A stretch of 64,000 nucleotides of DNA, from assembly GCF_009914755.1 (NCBI RefSeq), contig NC_060929.1; one strand, written 5' to 3'. Source of the stretch: the human T2T-CHM13v2.0 reference genome, Homo sapiens. Below, in pieces: positions 45,406 through 61,315 of this stretch; position 1 is the stretch's first letter; the number at the start of each line of letters is the position of its first letter. Under the pieces are notes generated by a model that saw nothing but the letters and a program-made list of their open reading frames with translations, ran no database searches and had not been told where the DNA came from. The position numbers were made by a program, and so were the translations under genes.

Positions 45406-46905
45406 ATAGGCTTCTTTGGCAAATATTTATTCAAAACCTATTCTATTCAAGGCAGAGGAAATGTATTATGGAGACTACAAATAACTATAAACAATGTAGC
45501 TAGAATCTAAACGCATGAAAAAAATTAATTTACCCAACAGTAAGACTTTTTAGCCTGCAAGCTCTATATTCAGTAAGAAGAAAGGCAGGCTGAAATTTTG
45601 ACCCCTTAGTTGCCACATATGAGGAGTCATGCTCTACATATGGGATAGAAATGTCTTGATGTGGCGCTTCACCATTCGCCATTCAGAAAGCAATGACATA
45701 AAAGAAAAGCATTTATGATTATTTCAATTATAGAAGATCATGTTGTCAAAATTTGAATGTACAATTTGTGGACACGAAACTAATACCCGTTATATAGACA
45801 TAGTCATCAACCATAAGGAAATAGTGTAATAAGAAAATTGTATGATTCATTTTTTTTATGTCTTAACTTTTATCTAAGCCTGGGTTTTAATGAACATACA
45901 TAGAGCCAAGAACAGTGCCCAACATGCGTTTTTTCTGAATTATTGCAAAGGAGTTTCTTTCCCTCATTTAAGCTTATCAGTGTTCTTTTATATATTCAAA
46001 TTGGTGTGTGTTTCAATGTCCTAAAAGATACCTATGTTAAGTTATCTATATTTTCTCCTAGTTTGCTTTTAAGAATGGACAGGAATGATAAAACCAAAGA
46101 ATTATGGTAGGCAAACAAGAAGTGGACAGTTCCGAAATTCGCATATTTTATTAATATAGTACTGATATCCTTTTGCTTTAAAGTAGCTTTTGGAAGGAGA
46201 TTAAGTTATCTCTACTAATTCCCTTAACTATCTTCTTTGGTTTATCATGCCTCGTTGTGGTAATATCCAATAATTGAGTAAGAAAATATTATTACTTACC
46301 AATCTTTTAGGTACAAGTATGTGTCACAGCCAGGTATAATTTTAACCCAGAGATGATTTTCTTCTAAAAGCAATTAACATTCTATTTAATGAAATTATGT
46401 TGTATACTAGATATAATAAGAAAATAATCTTCATTTTTTAGGAAAGTATAAATACAACAAAAATATAAAGTATATTGTGATATACTTATAAATAAATAAT
46501 TTATAATTTATAATAAAAAATAAATACGAAGTATTTATTCCACAAAGTTATCTGACATTGAAGTATTTGCAAACTAAGATTTTATCACATCAATAATGAT
46601 TTTATTATTTTTCATATAGCAAGCAAAACTGGAAAAGAATTGATCAATATTCATCATCAAAGGAATCATTAATTCCAAATAACACAAAATGTACAGATAG
46701 AAAGCTGAAGCTAATAAAAGGTTAATAATTACATTAAATCAAATTTCTACATATAAAAGCTGTCAGTCATTTTAATAAGCATAATAAAGAGCACTAATAA
46801 TACTGAATTTTTATATAACATATAATAGATTTATATATAACAATACTGCATATTTTAGATAAGGCTCCGCTTTTGTATTTCACATTTCTCTAGATAAAAT
46901 TTCTT

Positions 46906-47222
46906 GGCTGGGTACGGTGGCTCACTCCTGTAATCCCAGCATTTCAAGAGGCTGAGATGGGAGAATCACTTGAGCCCAGGAGTGGAGACCAACCTGAACT
47001 ACATAGGGATATACCATCTCTACAAAAAGTTTTTTAAAAAAATTATCCAAGCCTGGTGTATAATTATCCTCTCACCTGTGGTCCCAGCTACTTGGAAGGG
47101 TAAGGTGGGAGGCTGTCCTGAGCCTGGGAGGTCAAGGAGGCTGCAGCAAGCCATGATCTAGCCACTGCACTCCAGTCTGGGTGACTGAGTGAGACCCTGT
47201 CTCAAAAAAACTAAAAAGGAAA
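46906..47222 (+). mobile_element. AluJ
   Basis: ggctgggtacggtggctcactcctgtaatcccagc...cacttgagcccaggag...gagcctgggaggtcaagg...gagtgagaccctgtctcaaaa. Confidence 0.9.
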
Positions 47223-49089
47223 GAACATGTTTTATTGCATTTATTCATCCAAATATAGTTAATTTGTAATACAATAACATTAATGTAACAAAACAATTTA
47301 AATTTTTCTTCTGTTTGCAGCATCACAGAATGTGTTGCTGATATAAATAATTTTCAGTTTTCTACAAAGAACTTATTTTTCTATTAGAAGTTTTCTTAAT
47401 AAACAGAGGTATATGGTGAAAGTGAATTCATTATTTCGGTTACAAGAGTCTTGGATAATGCGTTTCAAAGGCATTTCTAACAACTACAATAACAACAGCA
47501 ATTTAGCCAATTTCCTACTATATTGAAACTGTTAAAACAGCTATTTTGTTGTTTTTTATAAGTCCTCCTAGCAGATTAACATTTCTTTGCATAGCTTAAT
47601 CCCATCTTTGCATAATGTACAGATAGATGCACACTAGTCTCATATTTACTATCACTTTTCAATTTTTCTGTTAAAAGATATACAAAATTAAAAATACCCA
47701 ATAAATTAGAAATACATAGATAAAATAATCAAAATAAAAAATTGAATACATTTGATGGCTTTGCTAAACTTTCAAAAATAGGACTAAAATGTGGCTTTCT
47801 ATACATGAAAATTACACTTCTTTTTAAGGTTCAAAACTAGTGGATTAAACTCTTGCACAAAGACTCCTTTGATTTTAGTTGTTTATCATTTCAGAAGAAG
47901 CAAATCTTATGTTTTTTCCCTGTAAAATTGAAGGTGTGCAGATGACCATATTATTTAATTTAAAAGGGATCATTTGACCTCAGTTTACTTGATAATATGA
48001 CTTCTTAATTAAACTCTTCAAACTTGTTTTTTTTCTTTCTACCAACTAAGCTGTAAGAATGCTATGAAAATTGGTAAAAACTAATCAGTAAATTGAGATG
48101 ATATTTGACAATTGTGTTTCAAGGCCTGAGAGCAGACTCTTGAGGATAACCCTTTGTGTGGTGCTATATTTGGCAGGCATTGTTGCTCAACATAAAATTT
48201 TCTTACTTATGCTACATATGGTTTTTTAAAATTGTGTTTTGCATTTTAGATCTGTGACTTTTTTGTGGGAAATGTTGCTCTCCTAGTAGCATATGTGTCA
48301 TTGTTTGTAGCGTTTATCCAGCATTGTAACTTAGTTTTCTGTTTGTTTGTTTGTTTGTTTTTTGATAAACCTCCAATCTCATCTGGACTATCAGATTTCA
48401 AAAACCAGCTGAAGATTTGGATGCGAATTCTGGATGTTAAAGGAGTTGTTCAGGTTTCATCAGTACCAAAGGGAATTCCTTTTTCTTAGAGGTGAATGAA
48501 TGAATTCTACATTCTAGGTGTTATATGAGGAGAGAGAAACATTTGATTAATACATGGCAATGAGTCATCTGATTACAGCTATTACCACGGGGAAAGTAGA
48601 ATATCTGTTTCAATCTCTTTCTAATTTTATCTCTTCCTCTTTAGAATATTAAAGGAAGAAAAAATTGTCAACTAGTATTCCTAAAGTAATTCCATAATAA
48701 TTTTGAATTATTTATCTTTTATGCGAATTGGTATATTTGCCAAGATCAGATTACAAAAATATAAACCAAGACCGCTTTGCAGAAAATGTTTTTTCTTTGG
48801 TCAGTATGGATTGCAAAATATATTGGATATCTTGAAGAGGGAGAGAGAAGTGGAGATATGACTTGAAGCTAAAGAAGATTACTTCCCAATCATCCCAGCC
48901 CCCAGTGTATAGTTAAAAAAAAAAAAAAAGAAAAACCCTTGACTATTCTTGACTATTTTTTTCCTCTCCTTTACAAGAAAATCACTCTTTAGTTACTCAT
49001 TTCCTTTCCCCATGGTCAGGTTGCCTGCATCTCCAAACACTTGTAAGTACTGTATGTTCTGACATATCCTGAAGTCATGCATTAGCACC

Positions 49090-49340
49090 TTTTCATTCAG
49101 CAAAGGGTGAGAACAGATATCTTTTGGCAGCTGACAGCAGGGCGCAGGCAGCAAGTCGGAGAAGGAAGCGGACGACCGAGGACACTGTGGTGGCCTAGTG
49201 GCTAGCAGGACTAATGCACCAGCTGTGAATAACCCCCTTTTCCCCTCCTATCTACCCAACAGATGTCTCTCTGTCATTGTCATGTCCTCAAGCTATCCCA
49301 GTAAATGATTTGTGCATTGCAACTGAGTCACCAATGTGGC
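49090..49340. promoter_or_regulatory. Candidate enhancer/promoter in unique sequence
   Basis: Local GC/CpG retention in an AT-rich background; two CAGCTG E-boxes, TGACAG, GGAAGC, AP-1 TGAGTCA next to CCAAT; motif evidence only. Confidence 0.35.
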
Positions 49341-50534
49341 AATTGAACCTCTTCACAGCTCAGAATTGTTGATGTGTGCACGGAGGGCCCTGTGGTTGTA
49401 CTGAACGCATGTATGAACAGGGATGAACTGCAGAGGGACTGGGGGGCAAGCACCCGAGAAAGAGGATGAGAAAGGGAAGCAGGAGACAGAGAGGATACTG
49501 AAATGTCAAGGTTACCTTGTTTTGCCTGGAGAATTAAAAGGAAGGGCACATTATTACGTCTGCCTCTATTTGGTCTTTTGGCTCTCTTAGGCTGAAGCAG
49601 CCCCTTGCTGCTCTGGTAGATATACATATCACTTTGAAAGATTAAAAAATGAAGAATGCAGTGATCTGTATTGCATATATGCTTTATTCTGTGGAAAGAA
49701 TGTTGATAAATACACTGAGAGCCTGCAAAGTTTGCCAATATAAATAATGTGGCATTTCAAAGTCTGTCAGTAAATGTAATTGAATTTTTCAATGTAAAAA
49801 TATAGTTCAGTTATAAATTGGAGTCATGCTTGACATTAGTTGGGCATTAGAAGATATTAATTAGATACTGCTCACTTCTCTCTGATTTCTTTATATTAAG
49901 TGAATTTTCAGGAAAGAGGAATTTGCAAGCATGCAGTTTAGAGATTTTTATTCTCAAAAACAAACTGGTTGGTAATTTTTAGTGGAGAAATAAATGCTTT
50001 TTTCAAAAATCTTGTCAGTGAGCTGTCTAAAAATGCCCTTCCCAATATGAACACAATATGGAAAAGCTAATCCATTTTAATACTTTGTAATGATAATAAG
50101 CTACAGTGAACAAGTAGCCTAGGGAAAAGACAGTAGTAGTCACCTTTAAACAGAAAGAGAATAGCAAGTAATTGTACATTTTTACACTAGGCTGATGACA
50201 ACATTTCCTGTGACTTTGAACTTACTTTGGCTGTCACCATCCTGGCAAACATTTTGCATATCAATCAGACAGTTGTTATTTCTTGCATGACATTTGCAGC
50301 ATAATGCAGAAATTTACTTATGTGATCTTTGTATGTAAGCAGACAGTTTATAAGTAAATAATTGTGCTCCTTCATGCCACAGATGAGGATTTAACCTGCA
50401 TGTGGGACTGCTAAGACCTTTTAAATATCAACACAACATGCAGTTTCCATTTAATGTTCTTATTCTTGTTTAAATCAGTCTTCATCTGTGTTTGGCATGA
50501 TTCACCCTATGTGATTTATGTGGTTGTAGGGTGC

Positions 50535-50537
<3 letters not shown>

Positions 50538-50569
<32 letters not shown>
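50538..50569. repeat. (GT)16 microsatellite
   Basis: Perfect GT run. Confidence 0.95.
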
Positions 50570-50573
<4 letters not shown>

Positions 50574-51929
50574 CAGCAGTTAATTACTGGGACTGAGATT
50601 CCAGAAATAGTTTTTATAACAGTGTTTGAATCTTAATTTCTTCAAAACTTGTCATGTTAACTTTTTGTTTTGTATTTGACAAAATCTGTAATTAATCACC
50701 AGAAAAAGAAGCATATCTAGATATTGACTTTTAAAATTGCATAATTTTAATTTATTGGGCTTGTTTGAGTATTTTTTTCTAGTCTGTATTACCTAACATT
50801 TTTGGGACACCATTACATAAAAACAGATTTTTGAGGTTTTCAATTTAAAATGTCAAAGTATCCAGGTTCTGTGCTCTTTAGTGTCCTTCAGAATAGTTTC
50901 CTTCCAAATAAATAATAATATTTAAATGCTGTATTTATTTTAGAAAAAAATGTAAAGTGCCCCCACATTGCATAATGTATGTTACTCAAAAATATTTTTA
51001 TGATATCATTTTGTAGTTAAATTTCCCTTCCATATTCTGCTTGGAGATGAACATTTTTTTTAGGATTCGTTTTTGGAGGCAGGCAATCGCTTACCTGGTT
51101 TGAATTAAGACTCTTCAGATACACTCTGCTGCCTGTGAATAATCTCTCAGTAAATACTAGTACTTGTTACATTAATAAAACATCTTTAAAAATACATGTT
51201 TTTTATTCTAACATAACTTTAGTTCTTGTAGAGTCTAATAAAATATGTTCAGTTGTACTATGTGAACACTTTACCTACTTCTGATATTTGTATGGGTTAA
51301 TTGATAATTAGCTTCCAAGGTTAAAGAGAGAAAATAGAATGCGGCCTGGCCCTAGGAACTGGAAAGAACGAAAATTAGAAAATGAAAGAAATATAATGAA
51401 AGAATTGGAGCAAATTGTAAACTTTCTTTTTTTAGGGAAAAAAACCATATAATTTTAATTTTGTCACTATTCAATGCAACATTCTCTTTTCATGGCCAAG
51501 AAAATGAAGTAAAAGGAAAAAGTAAGTGCTAAATTGTTTCAGTGATAGCTAGCTGACTCCTACTCATTCATGCTTAGCTGTCAAGCCAGAGACATTCTGT
51601 ATACTCTGCATTTAAACTTAACCATGTGACTAGTTCTTACTAAATTAATATGAAATGAATTGATGTGTGTCACTTCTGGGTTGAGGTAGATACTTATGTA
51701 GATAGAGACTACCACTAAAGACTCTCTCCATTTCTGCCAGATAAATAAAAGTGGGGCCATAGTATAAGAGTAATTTGGATTTCTGAGTTACTTCTTAGGA
51801 GGCAAGCTCTAAACATATCAGAAAGACATGAGAAATATATATTTAATGGTTTACCTACTGTAGTTGGGCAGTTTGTTTCAACTACCACCTCCCTATTACA
51901 GATATTAATTAACATTTATTTCCTCTTGT

Positions 51930-52095
51930 GTACATTCATTCAATCCTCACAAAATCTTTACAAAATAGATATTATGAAATCTATTTTGTAGTAGAGGCTT
52001 CTGAGACTTGGTATATTTGATTGACTTGTTCAATACAACAACAGCATTAGAATTTGAGCTTCCTGTTTGAGACCTAAATTTATACTGTTTCCAGC
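51930..52095 (-). mobile_element. MIR SINE fragment
   Basis: cattcaatcctcacaaaatc...ctattttgtagtagaggcttctgagactt...tgacttgttc. Confidence 0.55.
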
Positions 52096-52887
52096 ATACT
52101 TCTTCAATGGTCTACTTTTAAAATCCTTATATTTATATTAATTTGACGTGATATGTATGCATTAGTGGTGAAGAGTATGGTTGTATGTTCTTTATAATAT
52201 AATGACAGATTGGAAGTTAAGAACTGCTGCTCCACAATCTGAAAATACCTTCAAGTGAATGGGATGAAAGCAAGGTATACCTTTCTTTGTAAGATGATAA
52301 ATTATTTTAGTGTCAATTGGCTTTATAGAAGATGAATAAAACTAAAAATCCCCAGGAAGGCTTAAAAACATTGTTTATGTTATGAAAGACATATTATTGG
52401 GCTTTATAAAACCAGTTGGGTAAGTGCTGATGCTGTTGATACTACTAATAATTCAGTTTTTCATCTGCCTTTTTTTCTACTAAGCTTACTTATATACTTA
52501 CATTATTTGAATTTTCTGATATCTATCTATTCATCCTCTCTTGCTGCCAAAACTGATATTTAGAAAATACAGATCCTGTATTTCTAGAAATCAGAGTATC
52601 TATGAAGCATTTGAACATTTCCCAATTCAATGCACTTACCTGGGAATGTATTTGGGTAATGGCACTTTTTGGTTATTTGTAGTTTTGCCACTAACACGCA
52701 ACTATTGTTCAATCTTTTACATTATACCACTTTCGAGAAGGAGAGTAAGGAATTCATTTATCAGAATGTTTGATCCATATTATTCTTATTAACAAGAGTC
52801 CCATAGGCCTCAGTTTTAGAAAAATTTATATGGTTCACTAGTTGTTTCAGAAATAGATGAAGATACAATAGTAATTCAAGGTTGTCC

Positions 52888-53065
52888 CAGTGGTTCTCGA
52901 ACTTTTAACAACACTGGAAATACCTGATGGGTATGTTAAGGCAAATTGCTAGACCCTACCACCAGAGATGTTGACTCAGTAAGTGTAGACTAGCGCTCAC
53001 TAGTTGTATAAGTTTACATCTGATAATAATGTTACTAATCCAGTGACTACACTTTGAGAATCATG
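52888..53065. mobile_element. MER5A (hAT-Charlie MITE)
   Basis: cagtggttctcgaactt...accagagatgttgactcagtaagt...acactttgagaatcatg. Confidence 0.7.
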
Positions 53066-53204
53066 TTCTAGAACAAAATGTTTCAGGTGAATTTGTTTAG
53101 CAATGAACGCATATGAAAATATGCCATGTCAAAGTTCTTTCAGGATCACCTTGTAAACGTTAAAAAAAAAAAAAGGAAGAGAAAAAAGTCCAAATGATTG
53201 GCCT

Positions 53205-53402
53205 TTAACATCTGCTTTGTTCAGTTATTGGATGAAGGGGGCGCAGATAGGCATGCTCTCCGGTGCAGTGTTGCTCTGCAGCTGAGGCAATCCCTGAAGA
53301 AGGGGCTGGCAGCTGAAAGCTCTCTGTGGACACCACTCGCAATAGCTGGAGCAAGTCCTTCCTTGAAGGGGATTTGAGTGGACATCTGCATGTCCACCAC
53401 AC
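53205..53402 (-). mobile_element. LTR16-type ERVL LTR fragment
   Basis: Reverse complement aaatccccttcaaggaaggacttg...cagggattgcctcagctgcagag matches the LTR16 5' end. Confidence 0.7.
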
Positions 53403-54033
53403 CCAACTTAAAATTTTCAAAGACTTGTATTATCTGGAGTTGACCTGATTTTCATATCTCAAACATGTAATTCTCCCTTTTGCTAAATAAGATCCACTTA
53501 CCCACACATTGCTGTACACAAGCCAAGCTTTTTCCTTTTTTCAGTACAAAGTTTTCCCCATACTGTTATATCTTTCTGAAATGCTATTCTTTCCTTCTCC
53601 TCACCAGTAATTCTCCTGATTTGTTTCTTATATAAGACCCCTGACAAAATGTTTCATCTCAGGTTTATCATTCTGGCTAATGCGGCTCCCCCTGAAAAAT
53701 CTCTGTAACTGTACTCTTTCCATTTCAGTCATAGCACTTACCACTTTTTGCAATTTTCTCTATAAACTTGTGTTGTTGTTGTTTTTTTTCCTATCCCCTC
53801 TATAGATCTTAACCTCTATGGGAACAGAAGCTATGTTGTTCACCAGTGTAAACCCAAAATCATGAAGAACATAGGCTGTTAGCCCTAATGCAGGCTCTCT
53901 TTAAATATCTGCTGTAGGAGTATGGTAGAGATGATCACCAAAAGTTCCTGACCCTTCCGTAGTATAGAGTTATTGTAGAGTGATGGGTAACTGTGTGGCC
54001 ATGGACTACTTCCCTTGCCCCATCCACTGCCTG

Positions 54034-54259
54034 TAGTGGTTCCTAATCATGAATAATTTTAACCCCAGGGATATATGGCAATCTCTGGAAACATTTTTAG
54101 TTGTCACAACTTGGAAGAAGGTGGGTTGCTACTGGCATCTGCATCTAGTGAGTATAGACCAGTGATACTGCTAAACATTCTATAGTACACACAATAGCTT
54201 CCTACAACAAAGAATTTTCTTGCCCAAAATACCAGCAGTAGCAAGGTTTAGAACATCTG
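54034..54259. mobile_element. MER20 DNA transposon
   Basis: ccccaggggatatatggcaatctctggaaacatttttagttgtcacaac...gctactggcatct...caacaaagaattttcttgcccaaaat. Confidence 0.85.
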
Positions 54260-55029
<770 letters not shown>

Positions 55030-57102
55030 CCTGGGATATGTATGTAATTTTTGCCAGTGGAAAATTAACATTATCAATGTGTGTTCATTCTGATCTAATG
55101 GGTTTAAAAAGTGAGTCTGCTGTCTCTCCACTTTTTCCTTTCTATAATAATCTTGACTCCAGATATTCCAAAAGTCAATAATCTTGACTCTAAAAGATGA
55201 AAGATAACAAAATCACAATGTAGAAGTCAAGCCATGAAGAATAAGTGTGAGACAGTTGTGTGAGTGAACAATATATATATTTTCTATTAATTTCTACATG
55301 CTTCTGGCATTATATTAAGCCATAGGGCCTTGAGTTTATCTATTACAGCAGCTAGCATTCTTATTGTTATTATTATTGAAAATGATACCTTAGGTTATAA
55401 CAAAAAGCCTAAAATAGGTTGCGTTGTTTTAGCAGTCAGCTGGCAAGTGACAAGGAAATTAACATCAGAAGAAACACTTTGTTCTGAAGCCCTACACTAG
55501 ACTTATTGAATAAGAGACTTCTGTTGTGCTATGCCATAGGGATTTCATAGTTTTTCTATTAAGGGAGCACACATAACCTTAACTAACACTGTGAGAAACT
55601 GGCTGAGTGAATAAATTACTAGGTAAATAAAACAATGCATTTCTGAGTTTATATTGCTCACTTATAAAAATAAGTAGAAATCACTGTATGTATGAGCAAC
55701 AGTAAATAAGTATCCTTAGCACAGATTCCAATAACATCAACTGGATGAACACTGGAATCATGAAGTGTTATTGGCATACCAACAAATGCAAGAAATGCTG
55801 AATAGAGGTAACCATAAACACAAACAGATTACTTTCATTTTTCATGTAGCATTCATTATGATTTGCAAACACTAAAATATAAAGGCGCTCTTCTCTACCT
55901 TCTGAACACTATGTAACCTATAGATAGTGACAAGGAAGTATGAAAAAAAATCCAAATCCTGAGGCAAAGTAATCTAAACTGTAACCACTGACTCAGGTGA
56001 TGTGGTTCTCTTCTCCCTCCCATCAGGAATCAGGATTGGAGAGGGTGAGGAGGCTTCGGTGTTTATTTGCACTGTAGGATGAGGGACTGCAGGTGATGTC
56101 TTGGAGAAGGTAATAATCTGGATATAGAAGACACAAGTGTTCCCTGGGAAGCACTCTTACTCCATCCTAAGAGAGGAATTGATTTTTGCCTTTCCACGTC
56201 TCTACTTGGTAACTGCACAAAGATATGCTGGTATTTTACTCCAGTTAATCTTGCCTTCTTTCTTCTAAGATAAGTGTATATTAAGACAGTGAGTCTCATG
56301 TAGAGTTGTTTCTTCCTTCTCAAAATCCAGAGTTTAGCCATATAGTTAATCGTTATATAATGACTCCCAGTGTTAAGTAAAGATGAGAGTCATAGAATTC
56401 AAAGGCAACTTTGATAATTGTTTAGAACACTAAAAATACTTCATATATTTCTGAAGAAAGATAAGAATTAAGTTATTAGTACCCGGAAATATCTGTATAA
56501 TTCTATCTCTTCTCATCAGAGTTCTGTTCCCCAAGTCTGGAAGATACTATCACCGACTGGTAGCTACCATTTCATTAGAAATCCCAAAGATATTTAATTT
56601 TTAATTTTCAACTGAATTTAACCATTGAAAGCACAATAATAGGAGATTAATGTCTGATGAAATAGTGCTATCAGTAGCATATCATTCAAGAAACATAAAT
56701 TTCACAATTCAAAACTGCCTTATACATGGAAACACATCACTCCCTAAACTATGTGTAACTTGAGGGCAAAGACAAAATTTGTGTAGGTTTGAGGAATTTT
56801 TTAAAGGGTGAACATATTCTCATCCACATATTTTGTCCTTATACATAACTAGTTCAAATTGCCCTCTCATCTATAAAATTGGTATAAATTCATGTATGTA
56901 ATTCTATACCTTTGCTGTATCTCAAATACTTTTCTTAATCCAATATATCCCCTGTATGAATTCCTATGGTTTTTAATCTTGAGGCAAGTGATATATTTCT
57001 GTGACGTTGAGTGGTAGTATATGATATAAAGAACCCCATGAGATTAATTTGGGGCCTATGTAAATACAGCAAGAATGTTGAGAGGTTTCGAAAGCAAACA
57101 TA

Positions 57103-57400
57103 GGCTGGGCGCGATGGCTCATGCCTGTAATCCCAACACTTTAGGAGGCCGAGGCAGGTGGATCACGAGGCCAGAAGATCGAGACCATCCTGGCTAACAC
57201 AGTGAAACCCCGTCTCTACTAAAAATACAAAAAATTAGCCAGGTGTGGTGGCAGGTGCCTGTAGTCCCAGCTACTCAGGAGGCTGAGGCATGAGAATCGC
57301 TTGAACCTGGGAGGTAAGAGGTTGCAGTGAGCCGAGATCGTGCCACTGCGCTCCAGCCTAGGCAACAGAGTGAGACTCCATCTCAAAAAAAAAAAAAAAA
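57103..57400 (+). mobile_element. AluSc8/AluY-like
   Basis: ggatcacgagg...gatcgagaccatcctggctaacacagtg...gaatcgcttgaacc; A tail. Confidence 0.92.
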
Positions 57401-57555
57401 TAGTAAATGTAAACCTCTTTAAACAACAGTGTGTGTATAGAGATTGTGTGTGTCAAAGAGGGGTGTTGTAACATCTGTTCAACTTAGACACTTTCTAGTT
57501 ATAAACATCTTAGAAAGTTATGACAATATAAATCTTAAAATCTGTATTCTTATTA

Positions 57556-58840
<1,285 letters not shown>

Positions 58841-58844
58841 AAAT

Positions 58845-60085
58845 GAACTAAAAGTTTAACAAAGTTAGAAAAACTCAAAAGTAAAAAATAAATTAGAAGT
58901 ACATAAAATAGAAAACAGAATACACATTAGAATTTATTAATAAAACAAAAAGATGCTCTCCCTAAAAGACCACTAAACAAGATAAACCTTTGGAAAGTCT
59001 GACCAAGTAGTCTGTGGAAAAAAGGGATACATAAGTATAGTTTCAGATATTTCAAAAAGTGTAAGATTAATATAGACAGCTTTATATAAATGTATTTCTA
59101 CGCTAATATGAATACAGTTAAAATGAATTATTTTCTAGGAAAACTGAAATCACCAATTCAATATATCTATACAAATTCCAAATAGGCCAACAATTATAGC
59201 CAACAATAAATAGAAGACAGGGGTATATCCTTATCAACAACACCAAGCCCAATGGCTTAGCTCTAACAAAATGTCAATGAACAAATAATTTTCTGTTAAG
59301 TAAATTTTCTAGAACAGAGAATAAATGAGAGAGAGAAATAGAAAGGGAGAGAGACCTAGATAGGAGAGGTTATTCTGCAAATTTTCTGAAACTATCATAA
59401 TGCTAATTTAAAAGTTGGGCGAGAAAAATACTCAAGGAAAGTTAATTTTATGTGAAGATGGATGTAAAAATCCTTAGCACAACATTATCTAGTAAAATAG
59501 TGTTATTAAAATGATACTCTTGTTTATTAAAAAGAATCATACATTATGACCATTATCATAGCATAATCTCAGTTTAATATCAGAAAATGTATTAATATAA
59601 TTACTCACATAAACATCTTAAAGAACAACTATGATCACCTTAATAAATCTTACAAAGAAGTTGATAAAACTCAATACTTATTCTTTATTTTTTAAAAAAC
59701 TCCTAGCTAACTAGGAATAAAAATAAAATTTCCTTGACTTTAAAGCTATTCACCAGAAATTATCAGCATGTGTCACTTTAATTAAGATACATTATAAGCA
59801 TTACCATTAAATTCAGGAACAAGATAGGGCTGCCCCCTTCAAAACTGCTATTCAGGATTGTACTAAGGGCTTACCTCATTCGGCAAGACAAGTTAAAGAA
59901 ATAAGAGGTACGATATTTAAAATAACGTGACTTTCATCATTACAGATAATACATTTATCTACTTGGAAAATTCAAGAAAATCATCCAAGAAATTTCCAAT
60001 TAATAGGAAATTAAGGTTAACATAAAAACAATGAATATGAGCTACACTCAAAATGTGATTTTAAAAATCTTACATTCACAATACC
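58845..60085 (+). mobile_element. Very old L1M ORF2 remnant
   Basis: gataaacctttggaaagtctgaccaag; aattcaggaacaagatagggctgccc; acagataatacatttatctacttggaaaattcaag (degenerate FADD region). Confidence 0.65.
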
Positions 60086-61315
60086 CTGGTTTGTCTTTGT
60101 TTAGTTATTCACTCATCTATCTTTCTTCAATAATTTACAAGTAATAATAAAATATGTATTTTTCAGATTTTGTAAGTGTTTTGGGTGGTAACAGGAAATT
60201 GCATGTGCATATGAACTGATTAGGCAATAATGGCCAATATGAATGTGTTTTTTACGCTCTCCTGAACAAAACCAAAAAAAAAATGTAGGATTACTGTTAT
60301 TTTTGGGAAAATAAGAATGATATTGATAATGGTGCTTTAGAAATCTCAGATGATCTGTTTTTATTTATCTGTTCTCAAACTTGAAAAAATAAGAAAAAAT
60401 TCATTGCTATACCGTCTCATTTGAATACAATATAATTTATCTTTATTCCAAATATTGCAATTTTCAGTTGCCTCTTAAAAAATATTGCATGACAGACATC
60501 ACTAATCTGTATTTATTCTTATGTTTATATTAAACAATGGACATATATTAATTTTAACATAGGATATTCTCATAATTTCTAGGAACATCTTATTATGTGT
60601 AATTCACAAACATAACTCTACAGTTTTAAATATAAAACAAAGCCTTGCCCTAGAAAATAAGCACTGATTAAAGTCACAACGTGCTCTTTTGTGGTGGTGT
60701 TTTTAATAAAATATTATCAGTGGTAAAATGTAAATAAAAAAGTAAATTGCTTCATTCATCATGTATTTTAAGCAGTTAAAATGAATGAACTCTCCTTTGA
60801 GAAAACATCTGACTAAGCAAAATAATGGTTATGAGTTTGGGAAAATGTTTAATGAACTTACTGGTTAAAATGCAGTTGTTATTTTAGAGCCCATTATTGT
60901 GTGTTTTAAATTAATTGAAGCTTCTTTGCTGAAAGACTGTCTTTTTTCTTTTTTCACTTCATATACTAAAATAAGTGATCTTAGTAACTTATGTGGATGC
61001 CAAGAAGTTACCAGGTTGGGAATGCTGGTTGACATAACAATGTGTACCTAGAAGAGTGTGTATCCACGCATCTTCATATGCATTTACCTGATATCAGTTC
61101 AAAGGCAAAGTGGTCGATGATCGGGTACAATTGTGCTTTAAGGAGCTCATATTGTAAACACTCTGGCTGGTATTCTCTTTCTTTGTGTTCTGTAACACAC
61201 CTATTTATTACAGATTGGAGGTTGAAGTAATATTTCAGTCTATATATTGAAATATTTCAAACAATATATGTAACCATTTGCTTAAGACAATAGGAGAAAG
61301 TACTTACTTTAAAGA

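Noticed and set aside
44161-45503. GC-rich block with overlapping ORFs, suggesting a CpG-island gene
   Set aside because: Entirely explained by the LTR12 solo LTR bounded by the atag TSD
49328-49738. 136-aa minus-strand ORF over the unique island
   Set aside because: Non-ATG start and no recognisable homology; treated only as splice/regulatory candidates
55147-55190. Short direct repeat aataatcttgactc x2 (similar ones at 48939 and 32580)
   Set aside because: Ordinary micro-duplications from slippage
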